Of a stretch of DNA of 64,000 bases, positions 19,502-30,500 are shown in pieces. The DNA is from a virus (taxonomy: Duplodnaviria; Caudoviricetes), in IMG/VR virus record IMGVR_UViG_3300021400_000091, positions 1 through 64,000 of that record, one strand, 5' to 3'. Position 1 is the stretch's first letter; each line of letters opens with the position of its first letter. The translations under genes were made by a program, and so were the position numbers. The notes beneath the pieces are model-generated. The model was not told the DNA's origin and searched no databases. It worked only from the letters and a program-made list of their open reading frames with translations.

Positions 19502-20761
19502 TTAATATCCGAAGTCAGTATCTTTTGGATTTACTTTGGTAGGTTTATTTATTCTAAGTGTAGATTTTCTATCACGTTGTGCAGCTTTCAATCGAAGTGT
19601 TTTAACATTCTTTTCATTGATTGCGTAATCTACTAAATTAGCATAATTACCACCAGTAAACATAAGAAAAGCTCTAAGAAGTTCATCATTAAGTCTATCT
19701 TCGGGCTTTGTATTCATAAGGTCTCTTTCATAAGCAGAATGACCTTCTTTATCTACCATATAAACATAGTTAAAGAAATCATTAGGAGTTGCAGAAGTTT
19801 TAGTTCCGTTACGGTTAATAACAATAGTTTCCGGAATCTTATAACCAGCAAGTTCTCTCTTATCAATAACTTGCTTAACTCCATCCCAATATTGTTTAAT
19901 TTCTTCTTGATGTTGTTTCTCAGCAGCAGCAGCTTTCTCTTCAACTTGCTTTCGATATGCAGCATCTTTTTCTTTAAGACCTTGCAATTCTTCTTGAGCT
20001 GTAGCTAATAGAGTACCACTGTTTTTGAGATAATCAATATAACCATTAACATCACCTTTCTGACCTCTTTCTTGCCAAGCAGTCTTAATGATGTAAATCT
20101 GTTGCTCTTCATTTTTGTCATCTATTGTAATTTTACTACGGTCAGGAACTTGTCCATAACCTCGTAAAGAATTACCATTTGCAACATAATAATTTAATAA
20201 ATTAGGAAGAAAATCAAATCTAGCAAAAAGTGTATCTAATGCTTGTTTTTGCTGTTCTTCTCTACCAGTTTCAAGCACTGCCTCAATATACTGCTTAACT
20301 CCATCGGGAGTATTTTCGAAAACAACAGGCTTGTCATTTTCATCAGTAATTTCAATATCAAGTGCTTTCTGAATAGAATCAATAGTTAAATCATCAGTTA
20401 CATCTTCTTCTTCATCAAATGACTTTCTCCATTCAGCAATCTCATCTTTCTTTTTAAAAATATTACCATCTTTATCAACAAGATTGCCATCTTTATCTAC
20501 TGTATATTTATCATCACCAACTTCTAAAACAGTACCTTCTTCTAAAACATCATTGCTATCGTTACCTTCTTCATCTGAATCATTATTATCTTGATTATCA
20601 TCAGGAGTATCATCATTATTGATTTGCTGAGGGTCAGGTTCATTACCTGGTTTTGTAGGTTCCCCACTGTCAATATCTGTAGGCTCTTCTACAGGTTCAG
20701 TTTCGCCACCACCCACTGGTTGGGTTATAGGGTCGGCATATCCAAAATCCATATCTGGCAT
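19502..20761 (-). CDS. Acidic capsid-assembly/scaffold-like protein (gene 77-like)
   Basis: 419 aa, acidic disordered N-terminus, between portal and MCP. Confidence 0.7.
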   Translation of the reverse strand: MPDMDFGYADPITQPVGGGETEPVEEPTDIDSGEPTKPGNEPDPQQINNDDTPDDNQDNNDSDEEGNDSNDVLEEGTVLEVGDDKYTVDKDGNLVDKDGNIFKKKDEIAEWRKSFDEEEDVTDDLTIDSIQKALDIEITDENDKPVVFENTPDGVKQYIEAVLETGREEQQKQALDTLFARFDFLPNLLNYYVANGNSLRGYGQVPDRSKITIDDKNEEQQIYIIKTAWQERGQKGDVNGYIDYLKNSGTLLATAQEELQGLKEKDAAYRKQVEEKAAAAEKQHQEEIKQYWDGVKQVIDKRELAGYKIPETIVINRNGTKTSATPNDFFNYVYMVDKEGHSAYERDLMNTKPEDRLNDELLRAFLMFTGGNYANLVDYAINEKNVKTLRLKAAQRDRKSTLRINKPTKVNPKDTDFGY

Positions 20762-20794
20762 AATAATAATATTTAGATTGTTAATAATTCAATG

Positions 20795-20825
20795 CAATAA
20801 TAGCAATAAAACTATTATTACCAAA
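20795..20825 (-). promoter_or_regulatory. Bacteroidota-type promoter (TTTG-N19-TATTATTG)
   Basis: caataata 20795-20802 and caaa 20822-20825 on + strand, upstream of scaffold/MCP. Confidence 0.5.
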
Positions 20826-20973
20826 ATCAAAAATAACTAACATTGCATTATTAAGTACTACCGAACTCATTGAAAACTGCCCGTAAAGACAAACACATCA
20901 GTTAGTTATACAAAAATAGTCACCTACTTTCACAAGCAAGTGACTACATTAACACAATAAAACAAAAAAACTA

Positions 20974-23385
20974 TTACTTCTTTTTCTTTACATCATATTT
21001 ATTTTTATTTTGTTTAGCAATTCTTTCTTTACTAGCCATATCCTCTCGTTTAACTTTTCTGTCTTCCTCTTTATTATAAGTATCTAAAAGTAATTTTTGT
21101 CTTTCAAGTTGTAGCTTTTCTCTATCAACTTGTGCTCTTTGAGCATTAAGACGATCAATACCTGCTTCTTGATTCTCTTGTCCAACTTCAGCATTAAACG
21201 AAATCATATTAGCATCAGCCTTAATCAATTCAATCTCTTTCTTAATATTGCCTTCAAGTTCAGTTATCTGCATATCTATTTCACCCTTCATCTGTATCTT
21301 CTGCAATTCATATTCCTGTTCCATCTGCATTGTTTGCTGTTCCATTTGTTTCATTTGCTCTTCATGTTGTCTATTTATCTCATCATATCTCATTATAAGT
21401 TTCTTAATACTAGCAATATTATCTCCAGTAATTGCAGCAACTGCCATTTTCATGTCACCATTTTGACTAGCATTAAATGCAAATTGCTTTAATTGATTAA
21501 GTTTATCTCTTTCATCTATTGAGTTCTTTGCAGCAATAACATAATCTGCATATACATGATTGTCAACATTAAGTGATATATATTTCAAATCACCACTTAA
21601 ATCCCTATAAGATGTATCAAGACCGTCGATCCATGCTAGCTTAGAATAATCCATATCTCTAGCATAATCACGTTCTCTCATCTTATCAACCATATATTCA
21701 ATAATTACAGAACCCATTGAACCTCTAGCGATTGCTTCTTCAGTTGTAGCTTTGCCAGCACTAGTAGCAATTTCACCAAATCTTTGTGGTGTCATATCTA
21801 CTTGCATATTAGCATCATTCTTAATCTCCATAAGAAGATTAGTAAGTTGACTAATATACTGACCCATATCAGCATTAACCATTCTAATCTGCTGTGCTCT
21901 AAGCATACCTTGGTCATTCTCATCATCTATATAAAGAACACCATCAGCAATCATTTTATAAATAGTATCTTCAGGAACTTTACCAAGTAATGATTTAGCA
22001 AGAATTAGAATATTTAATTTATTCTTTGCTATAACCATTTCTCTATGATATGCTACAATATTATAAAACACTTGATAAGGAAGAATTGTTTCTACAATAC
22101 TAAATCTACCTAATCCAGGAAGTAATTCCATAAGACCATTATAAGGTAGCTTACCATTTCTTTCATAAGCAATAGCCCTTGCTCCATAAGGATATATTGC
22201 CATATTTCTAGTTCCTATTCTAACACATTCATATACTTGAGGTTCATATTCATATTGAATATCTAGATCTCCAGCTTCTGGATTAAGTTTATATGTATCA
22301 GGCATTACTCGTTGTGCTACAACACCTGCCTCATTTACATAGCTAACTATTGCTTTTCTAGCTTCTCCTCTCCAAACAACATGCCATACGTCATATAAAT
22401 CAGCATTTAAATCTCTAATATAAATTGGTTTATCTTTAAAAAACTTTCTTTCTTCACTACTAAATTTCTTGCAAATATCACCATAATCTTTTTCATATTG
22501 GTCAAACATTAGAGCTGTAGGAGCATCAGCTCTACCTTTAGAATACCAACTTTCTAAAAATTTAGTATCTTTAGGATTTAAATATTTACTATATTCATCC
22601 ATTATTTCTTGATATGTCATTCTCCTTCTTTCAGCAAACATATCAAAATCTTCTACAAACATTGAATTGTTTGGGATAGGAAAAGCATCTAAAGGCTGAA
22701 TATTTCTCTTTATTAACTTTTGTCCTTCAACATCACTATAAGTATAACATTCACCAAATGTACAAAAATCAGCAAATGCTTTAATATATAATAGTGAATC
22801 ATCTGTAATATCTCTAATTACATTTAATATATTCTGACCTTGTTCACTTATTTCATCTACATAATTTTCTTCAAATTCCTTAACAAATGCTTCAACATCA
22901 AATTGACTTTGAGGATCAAACTCTTGAGGATCACCACCTTCTTGGACAAATTGAGCATACATTTGTTGTATTCTAGCAGCAATTTCATTCTGTAATATTA
23001 CAGATATTTCAGCTTTTAGTTTAGCATTTTTAGCAAATACTACTTCAGGATTATTTGCACCTACAGTATATTCATGTGGATTTCTACTATATTCTCCAAC
23101 ATATCTTCTAACAACTCCAGCAATCATATCATAGTTTCTCATAGTTGCCGGAAATCTAGTAAATTTCTCTTTAGTAGTATTATAAGGATTTAATATTTTT
23201 CTATAAAACTCATCAGGTATTTCACCATGAGCAACTTTATATAGTTTGATTAATTCTTCTTCGTCTTTAATAGCCTGTCCTTGAGCTATAATCCAATCTG
23301 CACATTGAGCAGCCCAAGTAATATCTTTTTTAGAACTAGGTATTCTCTGACGAGGAAAGTCGTATGATTGTCTAAAACCTTGCAT
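20974..23385 (-). CDS. Portal protein
   Basis: 803 aa; FPRQRIP, FPATMRNYD, KLPYNG, C-terminal coiled coil; follows terminase. Confidence 0.9.
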   Translation of the reverse strand: MQGFRQSYDFPRQRIPSSKKDITWAAQCADWIIAQGQAIKDEEELIKLYKVAHGEIPDEFYRKILNPYNTTKEKFTRFPATMRNYDMIAGVVRRYVGEYSRNPHEYTVGANNPEVVFAKNAKLKAEISVILQNEIAARIQQMYAQFVQEGGDPQEFDPQSQFDVEAFVKEFEENYVDEISEQGQNILNVIRDITDDSLLYIKAFADFCTFGECYTYSDVEGQKLIKRNIQPLDAFPIPNNSMFVEDFDMFAERRRMTYQEIMDEYSKYLNPKDTKFLESWYSKGRADAPTALMFDQYEKDYGDICKKFSSEERKFFKDKPIYIRDLNADLYDVWHVVWRGEARKAIVSYVNEAGVVAQRVMPDTYKLNPEAGDLDIQYEYEPQVYECVRIGTRNMAIYPYGARAIAYERNGKLPYNGLMELLPGLGRFSIVETILPYQVFYNIVAYHREMVIAKNKLNILILAKSLLGKVPEDTIYKMIADGVLYIDDENDQGMLRAQQIRMVNADMGQYISQLTNLLMEIKNDANMQVDMTPQRFGEIATSAGKATTEEAIARGSMGSVIIEYMVDKMRERDYARDMDYSKLAWIDGLDTSYRDLSGDLKYISLNVDNHVYADYVIAAKNSIDERDKLNQLKQFAFNASQNGDMKMAVAAITGDNIASIKKLIMRYDEINRQHEEQMKQMEQQTMQMEQEYELQKIQMKGEIDMQITELEGNIKKEIELIKADANMISFNAEVGQENQEAGIDRLNAQRAQVDREKLQLERQKLLLDTYNKEEDRKVKREDMASKERIAKQNKNKYDVKKKK

Positions 23386-23391
23386 AATTTA

Positions 23392-25632
23392 TTAAAACCA
23401 ATCTCTGTTTAAAATATCATTATCATCTAGGTTTTCTTCATTCAAATCTTTATGAACCTTAAGTGAATCTTCAGCAATAAGATTATATGCTTTCCATTCA
23501 ATGCCTCTAAGAAGCATCTGAGATACACGGTCAAAGTTACCTAGACTATTCCATTTTTTGAGTTCAATAATAGATTGATAATCATATATTCGATGGAAGT
23601 TTCTAATAGGTTTTCCATTTTCATCTTTACCAATCTCTTCATATAAGAACTCTTTGAGTAATCGAACACAATCAAGTTTCCTTGCAGCACCTGATATATT
23701 ATAACCATAAGTGCTATTATATTTACCTTTAAAGGTAGGATCCCAAACAAATAGAGGTTCATAACTAAGATATTTAAGAGCTTTCCATTTCTTAAAATTA
23801 CTAACAGTTTCACCTCTATTTATCTCAACATTAGTTGTTCTAACACAACCATAATACACTGCTAACATATAACAAATTCTATCTGCTTCTTCTAGAGTAT
23901 CTGGTCTACCATAATATGTAGCTACTAGTTTTTGTTTAAAATTATTAAGAGGATGAGGGTTCATCCATACCGCTATACTATTATGAGAATGTTTATCAGT
24001 TATTTCATTTTTAGTTTTATCTACACCTACAGGGTCATAAGTAATACTATATAGTCCTTTAGGTATTTCTCGTCTTTCTCCGTATTCGGTTTTAACTGTG
24101 ACTTTTTCCGGAGAAAAGAATCTTCTTATACAACCATGAGGATCTTCACTACTTCTTCTGGGAACACCAAATATATAATCATATACTTTTTTACCTTCAA
24201 CCCTAAGTCTTTCATTACTTCTAAATTCTACAATACCTGGAGATACTTCTATTAATTGTCCATCTACATAAAACTTTAAGCCATCATCTGTTCTAAGTCT
24301 TGCTTCCCATTCATTTAATTCTTCACTAGTAAATATATTATCACTAGCATTACTAAATGATTCATTTGGAGTATTAGCATATTGACCTAAATAGTTAATA
24401 TACTCTGAATAAGTTTTTGCTGTTTCTTTTTTAGCAAGTCTTTCTTTTTTAGCAATCTCTAATCCTACAAGTATATTACTATTTCCATCTTCATCTACTC
24501 CATAGTTTCCATTTATTTCACCTTGAAGTCCCCAACAATAAGGTTTAAAAAATCCACATACTTCTTGTCTACAATCTTTATCCCATACATTTTCAAATGG
24601 CATAAAATGATATGCTCCAGGATTATAAAAGTTTTGTTCAAAAACTTGCATATTACCACTAGTGGCAGTTCCCCAAGCCATCAATATACCAGTTGTATAA
24701 GCACCAGTTCGCATTGCAGGTTCAGTAACTTCCATAAAAGCATCAAAATTATCCATAGTAGATAACTCCTCAACTTTAACAGCCACTGCATCTTTACCAA
24801 TAGCGCAATCTGGATTATTCATTGCAGAAACAGATTGTAAAGAACTCCTCCAAGATTTATCAGCTTCTACACCACTAGGTAATTTATATCCTAATCTAAA
24901 ATCGGTTTTAACTGTACTGAATATACCTCTTACAAAAGGTGTAGCTTCTTCATAAAATTTTAAGTCATTTACTGCAAAATCAGTAAGACCACCGGTATTT
25001 GTTAAATATTTTTTATCAGCTGCAACATGGATAACTACTTTTCTTGATTGATTATTAACTCTATTAGCACTATCTGCAGCCATCATATAAGAAAAACCAC
25101 CACGACGAGTTTTGTCAATAATAAGATGAAAACCATTATTTTCAGCAAATTCCATTACATGAAACATCCAAAACTGACTATCAAAAAACTTTGGAAAATC
25201 ATAAAATTTCTTTGCTGTATTAGTTACACCTTTTTTAATTGTTCTAGTATCAAGCTGTTCTATTCTAGTATAATTCAAAAAATTATAGTGTGAACCAGTT
25301 ATTCTAACATTAACTATTCTTCCATCTTCTTTCAATAAACAAGGAGCTGAATATCCGTGAACTCGTCTATATTGTTCTCTTCTTCTAAATTGTCTATGTG
25401 GAATACTATCAACTTTGTAATTAGTAAATTTACCATTTGCTCTATAATAATCTGCAACTTCATAAAGCAAATGTGTATTAACAAATCTATCTTTAGGATT
25501 TATGTTTAATAGAAATCCTCCACTATCACCTATTAAAAATAAATCATCATCGTCAACATATCCACAATCCTTTGCATGTTTATAATGAGATTTATCTTCA
25601 TTAATATAATCAAGAAAAGGATAACTTTCCAT
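23392..25632 (-). CDS. terL: Terminase large subunit
   Basis: 746 aa; Walker A-like KTRRGGFSY, Walker B VKVEE, GTA coupling motif, nuclease YDP and GNFDRVS. Confidence 0.92.
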   Translation of the reverse strand: MESYPFLDYINEDKSHYKHAKDCGYVDDDDLFLIGDSGGFLLNINPKDRFVNTHLLYEVADYYRANGKFTNYKVDSIPHRQFRRREQYRRVHGYSAPCLLKEDGRIVNVRITGSHYNFLNYTRIEQLDTRTIKKGVTNTAKKFYDFPKFFDSQFWMFHVMEFAENNGFHLIIDKTRRGGFSYMMAADSANRVNNQSRKVVIHVAADKKYLTNTGGLTDFAVNDLKFYEEATPFVRGIFSTVKTDFRLGYKLPSGVEADKSWRSSLQSVSAMNNPDCAIGKDAVAVKVEELSTMDNFDAFMEVTEPAMRTGAYTTGILMAWGTATSGNMQVFEQNFYNPGAYHFMPFENVWDKDCRQEVCGFFKPYCWGLQGEINGNYGVDEDGNSNILVGLEIAKKERLAKKETAKTYSEYINYLGQYANTPNESFSNASDNIFTSEELNEWEARLRTDDGLKFYVDGQLIEVSPGIVEFRSNERLRVEGKKVYDYIFGVPRRSSEDPHGCIRRFFSPEKVTVKTEYGERREIPKGLYSITYDPVGVDKTKNEITDKHSHNSIAVWMNPHPLNNFKQKLVATYYGRPDTLEEADRICYMLAVYYGCVRTTNVEINRGETVSNFKKWKALKYLSYEPLFVWDPTFKGKYNSTYGYNISGAARKLDCVRLLKEFLYEEIGKDENGKPIRNFHRIYDYQSIIELKKWNSLGNFDRVSQMLLRGIEWKAYNLIAEDSLKVHKDLNEENLDDNDILNRDWF

Positions 25633-25635
25633 AAT

Positions 25636-26022
25636 TTATTTTATTATATTTAAAACAAGAGAAATAGTTAAAGCAATACCAAGAGCTATTGCTGTGTATT
25701 TCATAGTATTATATTTTTTATTCAGAGTATTATGAAGACTTTCTTTACTTGCAAGCGCACTCTTTGTATCCTTAACTATTTTCTCTTGTTCTTTTATGTA
25801 TTCAGCTTGATTATTAATAATACTATCTTGTGCTTCAGTTATTTTTAACAAATACTTACGCTCAATAAGTTTTTTATTTATTTCACGAACTTCTGCTATT
25901 GTTACTGTTATAGTTGTATCAGCGTTTTGAGTACTCCCCGTGGGGAGAAGGTTCATTGACCAACTCTCTAAACAATATAATAGCACTGTCGTTAGTAATA
26001 TAATCAATCTGTGCAACTTCAT
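25636..26022 (-). CDS. Spanin-like protein (N-terminal signal, coiled coil, C-terminal TM)
   Basis: 128 aa, overlaps upstream gene, in lysis cassette. Confidence 0.5.
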   Translation of the reverse strand: MKLHRLIILLTTVLLYCLESWSMNLLPTGSTQNADTTITVTIAEVREINKKLIERKYLLKITEAQDSIINNQAEYIKEQEKIVKDTKSALASKESLHNTLNKKYNTMKYTAIALGIALTISLVLNIIK

Positions 26023-26209
26023 TTGTCATAATGTCTTTATAAACAATTATAGAATTTTCATCATATAGTATTAATTCTCTCAATGAATCAAGTTTTAGTT
26101 CTACATCTCTATTACTAATACTATTAGTTTTATATGTGTCACATATAACACCAACACAAAAACATATTGCAACACATATTATTATAGTAATTAATAATTT
26201 TTTATCCAT
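25919..26209 (-). CDS. Inner-membrane spanin-like protein
   Basis: 96 aa, N-terminal TM, directly after endolysin. Confidence 0.5.
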   Translation of the reverse strand: MDKKLLITIIICVAICFCVGVICDTYKTNSISNRDVELKLDSLRELILYDENSIIVYKDIMTNEVAQIDYITNDSAIILFRELVNEPSPHGEYSKR

Positions 26210-26654
26210 CTCTTAAATCTTTTAATCTTACAAACCAACTATAATTAAACTTACCAGTTTGTGGAACATTTAATGTTTTCTGTGCAAGTTTAATTGCCGC
26301 ACTTACTCCCATATTAACTGCTGTTTCAAACAACTGATAAGCAATCTTTTCAGATCTCATTTCGTCTAAATGTAGAGCATCCCAATAATTCTTTTTATAA
26401 ATTCTTTCTACTTCTTTAGTAACTATATCGTTATTTTCTAATAATTTGTTTATAGTTTTAACTTTACTCATATCAGAACTTGTATTACCTTTAATACTAG
26501 ATTTAATCCTATCTATCTCTTTCCACATTATACTAGTTGAGTGAAATCTTCTTGCAATGCCTTTATAGGTTTCTCCTCCGGCATCGTCTTTGTCATTAGC
26601 ATATCCACCCTCATAAGCTAATACTTTCTTAAGTGCTGGTCTGAATGAAGCCAT
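26202..26654 (-). CDS. Endolysin, glycoside hydrolase family 108
   Basis: EGGYANDKDDAGGETYKGIA catalytic motif; YKKNYWD; FETAVNMG. Confidence 0.88.
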   Translation of the reverse strand: MASFRPALKKVLAYEGGYANDKDDAGGETYKGIARRFHSTSIMWKEIDRIKSSIKGNTSSDMSKVKTINKLLENNDIVTKEVERIYKKNYWDALHLDEMRSEKIAYQLFETAVNMGVSAAIKLAQKTLNVPQTGKFNYSWFVRLKDLRDG

Positions 26655-26932
26655 TATACAATACTTTTTAAATATTTTTCAATAGCATCTACTATTTGAG
26701 GTGCTGGTACAGTACCAACAATTTTTCTTGTATATTTCTTATCATCACTTTCAAATATTAATGTTGGTAAACTTCGTATCATATATTTATCAAGAAGTCC
26801 ATCTTCATCATTTTCTGCATCAACCTCAATAAGATTAACTATTGGATAATCTTTGACAACCTCTTTAACTATTGGTTCCATAGTTTTACAACCTGAACAC
26901 CAATCTGCACTAAATTTATATATGTTTAACAT
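26654..26932 (-). CDS. Thioredoxin-like protein
   Basis: FSADWCSGCK CxxC motif and IRSLPTL cis-Pro loop. Confidence 0.88.
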   Translation of the reverse strand: MLNIYKFSADWCSGCKTMEPIVKEVVKDYPIVNLIEVDAENDEDGLLDKYMIRSLPTLIFESDDKKYTRKIVGTVPAPQIVDAIEKYLKSIV

Positions 26933-27171
26933 ATTATTCTTGTTATGTCATTTAATATTAAAAATCTAATTGCAGTTCCTAGTATTGTGCCTAGTGTATC
27001 AGCAATTATATCATTCCAATCAAATTTACCTCCCCAAGAATAATCTTTATATTCTATGGCTAATCCTGTAATCATAGATGGAACAAATCCACAAATTAGT
27101 GCTATAATAGCACAAGCACTAAGATGTTTATAATGATTACTATTTATAAACCATTTCCAAATTATATTCAT
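26926..27171 (-). CDS. Small membrane protein (VanZ/YfiM-like)
   Basis: KH..EYKD..GGKFDWNDIIADTLG pattern. Confidence 0.6.
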   Translation of the reverse strand: MNIIWKWFINSNHYKHLSACAIIALICGFVPSMITGLAIEYKDYSWGGKFDWNDIIADTLGTILGTAIRFLILNDITRIIC

Positions 27172-27401
27172 TTCTGTAATCGTCTAAGTAATCCTTGTAA
27201 ATGCAATGTATTATTATATGTATCTTCAGTTGTTTTAATTGTTATATCTGGGAGTATTCTTCTCTTTAATCTAAGTTCAAGCCAACTTGTTACAAAATAA
27301 TTATCATAACTAGATTTATAACAATGTGTAACTCTTACTAGTTTAAATCTTCCTTCTTCTTTAATTACTTCAGTCATTCTTCTAATGCTCTTCGAATCCA
27401 A
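27168..27401 (-). CDS. Hypothetical protein
   Basis: 77 aa ORF overlapping both neighbours. Confidence 0.55.
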   Translation of the reverse strand: MDSKSIRRMTEVIKEEGRFKLVRVTHCYKSSYDNYFVTSWLELRLKRRILPDITIKTTEDTYNNTLHLQGLLRRLQK

Positions 27402-27775
27402 CCTCTTAAATATTTAATGTTATTACCTTTTGCTGCGATAGCATTATATTGACTTATTTTATTAAGTTTATATTGAGCTTTAAATAACTCAACTCTTAAA
27501 CTATCGTTTTTAATTTCTATATCATTTATTTTATTTTCATAGATTTTATCCTTTGCTTTAGAAGCATCTTCATAATAATCTATAATACTATCAATCATTG
27601 CTTCATATTTAATGCTATCATCATATCTAATTGCAGCTATCACACTATCCATTCCCTCTACGGGCAGATTATAACAAGCTAATGCAGTTGTGTCAGCTAT
27701 GACATCTTTATCTGCAATAGTCTTGTTACAACTAATTCCAAATAACAACAATGGTACTAATAATAACTTTTTCAT
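27374..27775 (-). CDS. Putative lipoprotein
   Basis: Probable start MKKLLLVPLLLFGISC (lipobox) followed by coiled coil. Confidence 0.6.
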   Translation of the reverse strand: MKKLLLVPLLLFGISCNKTIADKDVIADTTALACYNLPVEGMDSVIAAIRYDDSIKYEAMIDSIIDYYEDASKAKDKIYENKINDIEIKNDSLRVELFKAQYKLNKISQYNAIAAKGNNIKYLRGWIRRALEE

Positions 27776-27776
27776 C

Positions 27777-28775
27777 TTAAAACAAATTAAATTCTTTATT
27801 AATTGTAGCATTAATAACTTTTCTTCTATCTTTAAGAAGATTTGCTATTTCTTGCTTTAAATATTTCATTTTATGCAATGTTACTTTTTCTACTGGATTA
27901 TCTTTAATATGATATAAACCATCAGGGAATCGTTTAGGCATTCCGTATTCATTAAGAATAAAATCACTATCTATATGACAAAGCCATAAACCAGCACAAG
28001 GAATACCCAATATACTTTCAACCATCCAAGCATACATAGAAAGTTGAAGATTATAAATAGAACCATTACAATCTTGAAGATTGCTTACAGGTGGAAGAAG
28101 TCTAGAGTCTTTAGGACACCAAATATTTGTTTGTTGTGCTGGTTTTTGTTGTTTATCTTTTTTATAATATCCACTTTCAAATTTAAGTCCACCTCTATTA
28201 GTTTTCCAATCCCCAATTACAAATTTATCTTCTTTAATACATAAAACATCAATAGTTCCAGAGATTAAATAGTCAATTAAAAATGCTCCTATTTCTGAAT
28301 AAATCTTATATCCTTTAGAAGTATAAAAATCAAACACTTTATAAACATCGTCATATTTATAATTAGTATGACGCTTAAACTCTTCAATATCTAACTCTTT
28401 AACTCTATTATTAATATCAGGAAGATCTGCAACAGTAATCATTTTACCTTCACCTCTCTCTAAATATCTAATAGCATTCTTAAACATTGAAGAATCTTTA
28501 ATACCATCTTCTAATCCATTATGTGTTCTAGTACCTCTATCACAAGCTTCATTCTTAATAGAATCCCATTGGTTTGCTAACACTTTAGGACTAATTTTAA
28601 GTTCTTTTGCTTTCTTCCTTAACCAATAATCATATTCAAATGGTTGTTGATAATCGTGAAGAAAAGTAGTAGTACTTAAATATTCATTTCCTAAAGTATC
28701 AGTATATTTATGACCATCTTCTCTGAAAATAAGTTGGATGTCATTATATCTGGTATCTTTAAGTTGTAAACTCAT
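27777..28775 (-). CDS. PD-(D/E)XK nuclease
   Basis: RGTRTH, SE, SGTIDVL, IGDWKT, YNLQLSMY motifs. Confidence 0.85.
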   Translation of the reverse strand: MSLQLKDTRYNDIQLIFREDGHKYTDTLGNEYLSTTTFLHDYQQPFEYDYWLRKKAKELKISPKVLANQWDSIKNEACDRGTRTHNGLEDGIKDSSMFKNAIRYLERGEGKMITVADLPDINNRVKELDIEEFKRHTNYKYDDVYKVFDFYTSKGYKIYSEIGAFLIDYLISGTIDVLCIKEDKFVIGDWKTNRGGLKFESGYYKKDKQQKPAQQTNIWCPKDSRLLPPVSNLQDCNGSIYNLQLSMYAWMVESILGIPCAGLWLCHIDSDFILNEYGMPKRFPDGLYHIKDNPVEKVTLHKMKYLKQEIANLLKDRRKVINATINKEFNLF

Positions 28776-29389
28776 AGTATTTCTTCGTCTGCGTCCATTG
28801 AACTTAATATTTGTTTACCACCTCTAGCAAGTTGTTCTTCTTCTTCTGCTCTAAGATTTTCATAAGCAACATTAATAGATTTCATAAGATTTGGCAATTC
28901 CTTAACATTACTTGAAACATTATTAAGCATTGCTAAATATAATTGAATATCCTCTTTAGATACAGCATCTTGCAATTTATCATTTAAAAATTGGTTAATC
29001 TTATTTGCGGCAAGAGTAACAAGATGAACAGACTTACGTAAGGCATCTAAAGCCATACCTGCTTCAGTTATATTTTGAACATAATATTTATCTATAAGTT
29101 TCTTAACTAAAGCATCAGGCTGATAATCTTTATCTAAATCAAAATTATCTATACATAATTTGAGTATTTCTTTATCACTAAGACCTTGTTGATGAGCTGG
29201 ACTTTTTGGGTCACCAAAATAATATATAACTCCACATTCTTTTAGATAATGTCTTTTATCTTTAGACTTATCTCGAAGATATAGTAGAGCTAAATCTTTA
29301 TCTAATAGTTGTTTAATATCTGGAGGACAAGGCATTCCAGTATTATCAACTGTTAGCATTCTATCTATATTAAGATGATTTGTTGCCAT
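28772..29389 (-). CDS. Conserved Crassvirales protein (possible small terminase)
   Basis: 205 aa helical, C-terminal ARGG; conserved position upstream of terL; function is inference. Confidence 0.5.
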   Translation of the reverse strand: MATNHLNIDRMLTVDNTGMPCPPDIKQLLDKDLALLYLRDKSKDKRHYLKECGVIYYFGDPKSPAHQQGLSDKEILKLCIDNFDLDKDYQPDALVKKLIDKYYVQNITEAGMALDALRKSVHLVTLAANKINQFLNDKLQDAVSKEDIQLYLAMLNNVSSNVKELPNLMKSINVAYENLRAEEEEQLARGGKQILSSMDADEEIL

Positions 29390-29897
29390 ATAAATATTGT
29401 AAATGTCTTTCTAATTCTATATCAAACTCAACAGGTTTAGCTTCTAATAGAAATCTAAACCAAAGACTAGCATATAAAATCCCAAGTTTAAGTGCATAAT
29501 GCTCATATTGTTTTTTAAATCTACTTCTATATCTTTTAACCTTTAATTTATCAAAGTTTTTATTCCTTTCTTCTTCTTTCCATTTATCAATACTACCACC
29601 TACATATTCTTTATATTCTTCTTTAGTCATACTCTTTCTAGCTTGTTTAAAATCTTTATAATGTTCGGCTATTCTTTTTCTTATTGGATTATATCGGTAA
29701 TTACCTATTCTCGGAATTTTAATAGTTAGTCCTCGTTTAATTCCTTCAACAGCATCTTTTTCAAGATTTTCAATAATAGATTTGGCTAATAATTTTTCAT
29801 TTTCATCTTTAAATGCTTCCGAAATAATATCGTCAGTATTTTTAGTTATTATTGAAAAATCACTAGCCAAATCATCATTATAGTCAACTATTGCCAT
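29370..29897 (-). CDS. HU/IHF-like DNA-binding protein
   Basis: GIKRGLTIKIPRIGNYRY resembles HU/IHF beta-arm; basic. Confidence 0.5.
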   Translation of the reverse strand: MAIVDYNDDLASDFSIITKNTDDIISEAFKDENEKLLAKSIIENLEKDAVEGIKRGLTIKIPRIGNYRYNPIRKRIAEHYKDFKQARKSMTKEEYKEYVGGSIDKWKEEERNKNFDKLKVKRYRSRFKKQYEHYALKLGILYASLWFRFLLEAKPVEFDIELERHLQYLYGNKSS

Positions 29898-29966
29898 CGT
29901 TACAGTAATTGCTGTAATTGCTTTTTATAATTTCCCCGTAGAGGGAATGATTGCAGCAAGATAGCT

Positions 29967-30500
29967 TTACTTATCTTCTTCTTTTACTAAAAATGGGTCA
30001 TTACCCATCTTTCTAGTAGCAGTAATGCAACCATGAATAGCATTTACTGGAACAATCTTGAACTCAATAATATAAACATTTTCATTCTTGAATTTAGTTC
30101 CAGCAAAAATATCTCTACGAAGAGACTCGTCTGAATCTAAGTATTCTCTAACATTATTGTCAGTAATCATAGTATTAAGATACAAATGGTCACCTCTTTC
30201 AAGATCACTGACTGCTATAACTACTCGCTTACCTGCTTCAGCATTAATTTCCTTTGCAGCTTCATCACCAATCTTTGCTAGCACCGGAGTAACACTGACT
30301 CTAATATTAGCTTTCTTGTTACCACTAGTTGCTAAAAGAAATTGAGCAAGATTAACTTGCTTACAAAGTGCTATAACTGCATAATACTTAGGAAGATTAA
30401 TATGAGCAGTAATTTCAGCTAAAACTTCTTTAGTAATCTCATCTACAGATGTAGGAAGATTAATTCCGTAACTTAATTTGTCACTTTTTAATGTAATCAT
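29967..30500 (-). CDS. Conserved hypothetical protein
   Basis: 177 aa; INLPTSVDEI, EFKIVPVNAIHG. Confidence 0.65.
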   Translation of the reverse strand: MITLKSDKLSYGINLPTSVDEITKEVLAEITAHINLPKYYAVIALCKQVNLAQFLLATSGNKKANIRVSVTPVLAKIGDEAAKEINAEAGKRVVIAVSDLERGDHLYLNTMITDNNVREYLDSDESLRRDIFAGTKFKNENVYIIEFKIVPVNAIHGCITATRKMGNDPFLVKEEDK

